This document shows positions 34,559 to 37,289 of a stretch of DNA of 37,289 bases, one piece after another. The DNA lies in contig JASJQH010000053.1 of the NCBI GenBank assembly GCA_040143965.1, forward strand, positions 1 to 37,289, written 5' to 3'. Source of the stretch: Basidiobolus ranarum. Taxonomy: Eukaryota. Made by a program: the position numbers and the translations under genes. Within the stretch, counting starts at the first letter, position 1. Each line of letters opens with the position of its first letter. The notes beneath the pieces were generated by a model. It worked only from the letters and a program-made list of their open reading frames with translations. It did not search any database and was not told where the DNA came from.

Positions 34559-35515
34559 ATGTCACAAACATTTGGATTCGAAACCACTGCTGAAGAGGTT
34601 GCTAAGCGCCATGCTAAGCATATCACAGGGAAAAATATCTTGATCACTGGTTGTACTTTAGGAGGGCTAGGGGCTGAATGTTGTCGAGTCATTGCCAAGC
34701 ATGAGCCTGGATTATTAGTAGTGGCTGGAAGACGACTTGAGTCGATCACCGAGACAATTAATCAAATCAAGCTGGAGTCCCCCAATGCTAATCTGAAGTC
34801 GCTGATTGTAGATTTGGCATCCTTGGAGTCAGTCCGAAATGCTGCCCAAGAGGTTCTTTGTTTCCCAGAGCATATTGATGTTCTGATCAACAACGCCGCA
34901 GTATTTAATGCAACCTATACAAAGACCCAAGATGGCTATGAGTCGCAGTTTGGCACCAATCATCTAGGACCGTTTCTTTTTACAAATCTCATCATGTCCA
35001 AGATTTTAGCAAATACTCACGGAGAGTCGCGTATCATCAATGTGTCTAGTGCTGGCCATATAATGTCCCCCATACGGTTTGAAGACCCATTTTTTGGTGA
35101 TGGAAATCTGTACGACAAGTACAAAGCCTACGGGCAATCCAAAACTGCAAACATTCTGTTTACCCGCTCTTTGATCGCTCGCTACCACAACCAAAATCTA
35201 TTGGCGTTCTCGCTACATCCTGGCTCCATATTGACAAATCTGCAGCAAGGGGTGGATATATTCTCTCCTGATGACCCGATGGTTGACTACCAAGGAAACC
35301 CGCTAACGCAGGAAGATCATCAGCAAAAGACGGTAGGGCAAGGGGCTGCAACTCACATAGTTGCAGCCTTTGATCCATCCATCAAATCTCATCCTGGATC
35401 TTATTTACAAGACTGCCAGATTGACGATGATGCAGTTGCATTTTATGCCAAAAGTGATGATGACGCAGCAAGATTGTGGGCACTGAGCGAAAAACTTGTC
35501 GGCTCTACATTTTAG
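34559..35515 (+). CDS. Retinol-dehydrogenase/WWOX-like short-chain dehydrogenase, intronless
   Basis: FGFETTAEEV, TGCTLGGLG, INNAAV, DGYESQFGTNHLGPFLFT, NVSS, YGQSKTANILF, SLHPG, ARLWALSEKLVG. Confidence 0.93.
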   Translation: MSQTFGFETTAEEVAKRHAKHITGKNILITGCTLGGLGAECCRVIAKHEPGLLVVAGRRLESITETINQIKLESPNANLKSLIVDLASLESVRNAAQEVLCFPEHIDVLINNAAVFNATYTKTQDGYESQFGTNHLGPFLFTNLIMSKILANTHGESRIINVSSAGHIMSPIRFEDPFFGDGNLYDKYKAYGQSKTANILFTRSLIARYHNQNLLAFSLHPGSILTNLQQGVDIFSPDDPMVDYQGNPLTQEDHQQKTVGQGAATHIVAAFDPSIKSHPGSYLQDCQIDDDAVAFYAKSDDDAARLWALSEKLVGSTF

Positions 35516-35556
35516 AAGGAACACTTAAATTAAGTTGAATTTCAATACATTGCAAC

Positions 35557-35865
35557 TGTTGAAATTAGCATAGCCTAAACATCTATATAGTCATATATAG
35601 CTTAGTATTTAGTTATTCCATATTACATCAAGATATCTCAATTGGAATTTGCTTAAAATGTTTCTCAGACTTGTCCTAGAAGTCCTATACTTTGCACACA
35701 TGTTCCTGGGACCTTCTTTAACACACTCTACACCTTTATTGCTTACCTGCTGACAATAGTATAAATGTAGGCTCTATAAATGAATAAGTGAGATGCACCA
35801 ATTCTTCTAGTTCGAAAAACTACTTCCAACAAACACCTAAGATACCTCTACTGTAACTATATTGG
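35557..35865. mobile_element. Degenerate TIR/MITE-like repeat relic, right copy
   Basis: Begins TGTTGAAATTAGCATAGCCTAAACATCTATATAGTCATATAT (inverted copy of 206-247). The internal part matches 16-205 in direct orientation. Confidence 0.6.
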
Positions 35866-36313
35866 CCAGTATAACAGCATTCTTGATAAATATTTTTATT
35901 GTGTCACCAATGCTGATAAAAGAATTCTAAATTTGATAGGTCATAAGTTCCATACTCATCCTGATGGAAATCCACCCGAGATGTTTAAATACTTTATCAT
36001 TGCTGCTACTTGTAAGAGTGACAGTAGTATGTATGTCTACAATAAAATGCTATATACTAGAGCTAGATCTTATATTACTACTAGTAGAGTAATTGTTGTC
36101 AGCATGGGTAGATATAAGATTCATAGTAAATGAGAAGTCCCTAAATAGGATATCCCAATTAATTATGATATGATTCATGCTGGTGCTAGTGAACCTTGAC
36201 TCAAAACCCATCTTGATATTGTCTTTAATCATTCTGCTAAGAAATTATCAGGTGTCACTAAAGTGATGCCATGATATTAAGATTTATGTTTGAGTCTTAT
36301 TTAGGAATAGACC

Positions 36314-37289
36314 AGGGGGGATGAAAAGTACCAAGTGGTGTGGACTTTATTTAGCTTATGAACTACACTAAACAAAGTGACAATCAGGACATCAATCTTT
36401 TATCATATTGTGACAATACTGGATCATATCCATACTTAAATTGATGACCAATATAATCAAGCTCCAAGGATGTAAATAAAGTATAGATATTCTGGTAAGG
36501 GTAAGGATGAAAAGAGGGGGTTTGGGGGAAGCAATCCCCCATGTACACCCTTCTGTCACAATATACTCAAGTCACTATTATATGGGAAGAATTGGGCTTA
36601 CCCAAATTTTCCAAAGGACAGATCTCTGTCCTTTGACCCCTCTGAGGAAGAGACACTATTTCCAACATTTAACATAGCCTGGTCTAGCTTTCAAAATTTT
36701 TATGAATTTAGAGAAATTTCTCAGTTATTGAATATTTTTTTAATTTTTATAAGTATGCAAGTCTCTGGGAAACCAAATGCAGATGTTTTCCTTCTGACTC
36801 TGAAAGCTTTCAAGTATTTTAATTTTACCACAAGTAGACTGGCTACTTTTTAGCTTAATAATTCACAAATTATTTATTCAGAATATCCTTTATATACTAT
36901 TGAGAGTAATGAGGAAACTTGATTAACATCATGAATTAGTAATATTACAAAGAACTTTGTGAGGATTACAAAATTAAATAAAGAAGAAAGTGAATATTAG
37001 ATATATGCTAATTGTGTCACAAATCTAGAAATATTGAAAGTGTTGATTAAAGCTTTCCACTCATGTTTTACAAATATTGACATATCACTAGCACTAGGCT
37101 CCATATTGTTGGATAATTTAGGGGGATAAAAAACACCAGATGGTATGGACTTTATTTAGCTTAAATACTAATCTAAACAAGGGTTAGGGGGGATGAAAAG
37201 CACCAGATGGTGTAGACTTTATTTAGCTCAAATACTAATCTAAACAAAGTGACAATCAAGAAATCAATCTTTTAAGATATTGTGACAAT
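36314..37289. repeat. Second repeat family: ~100-bp module in three copies plus TGTCACAATAT/ATATTGTGACA inverted ends
   Basis: aggggg(g)atgaaaag..ggactttatttagct..ctaaacaaagtgacaatc..atattgtgacaat at 36314-36418 and 37186-37289, with a partial copy at 37120-37181. TGTCACAATAT at 36554-36564. Confidence 0.7.

Noticed and set aside
206..35598. A single 35-kb giant transposon bounded by the 42-bp inverted repeats
   Set aside because: The TG...CA termini face into the gene block rather than bounding it from outside, the repeat bodies lie outside, no transposase or recombinase is inside, and the cargo is housekeeping genes.
35933..36232. Short ORFs as transposase or reverse transcriptase
   Set aside because: No DDE, YxDD or other diagnostic motif recognised.

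Overview
Intron-rich, AT-rich eukaryotic DNA with short (~55-75 nt) GT-AG introns, most consistent with an early-diverging fungus. Something Basidiobolus/Zoopagomycota-like is my inference, not proven. The left ~22 kb is a compact core block: an Esc1-like bHLH factor, complex I subunit NDUFA2/B8, a PPG1-type PP2A-family phosphatase, mitochondrial ribosomal protein L1, nucleoporin Nup82/88, kinesin-3, a divergent 40S protein eS30 that the ORF track misses, Ubc13, a small basic hypothetical protein and a class 3 lipase. The right ~15 kb looks accessory: an intronless bacterial-looking GNAT, a YSL-clade OPT transporter, a three-unit ~400-490 bp tandem array abutting a tRNA-Leu(CAG) gene, a secreted tyrosinase, and a tight SDR-P450-SDR trio. 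Both ends of the window carry relics of the same repeat family, including a 42-bp inverted repeat pair (206-247 / 35557-35598). Gene models were spliced by eye and no database searches were run.
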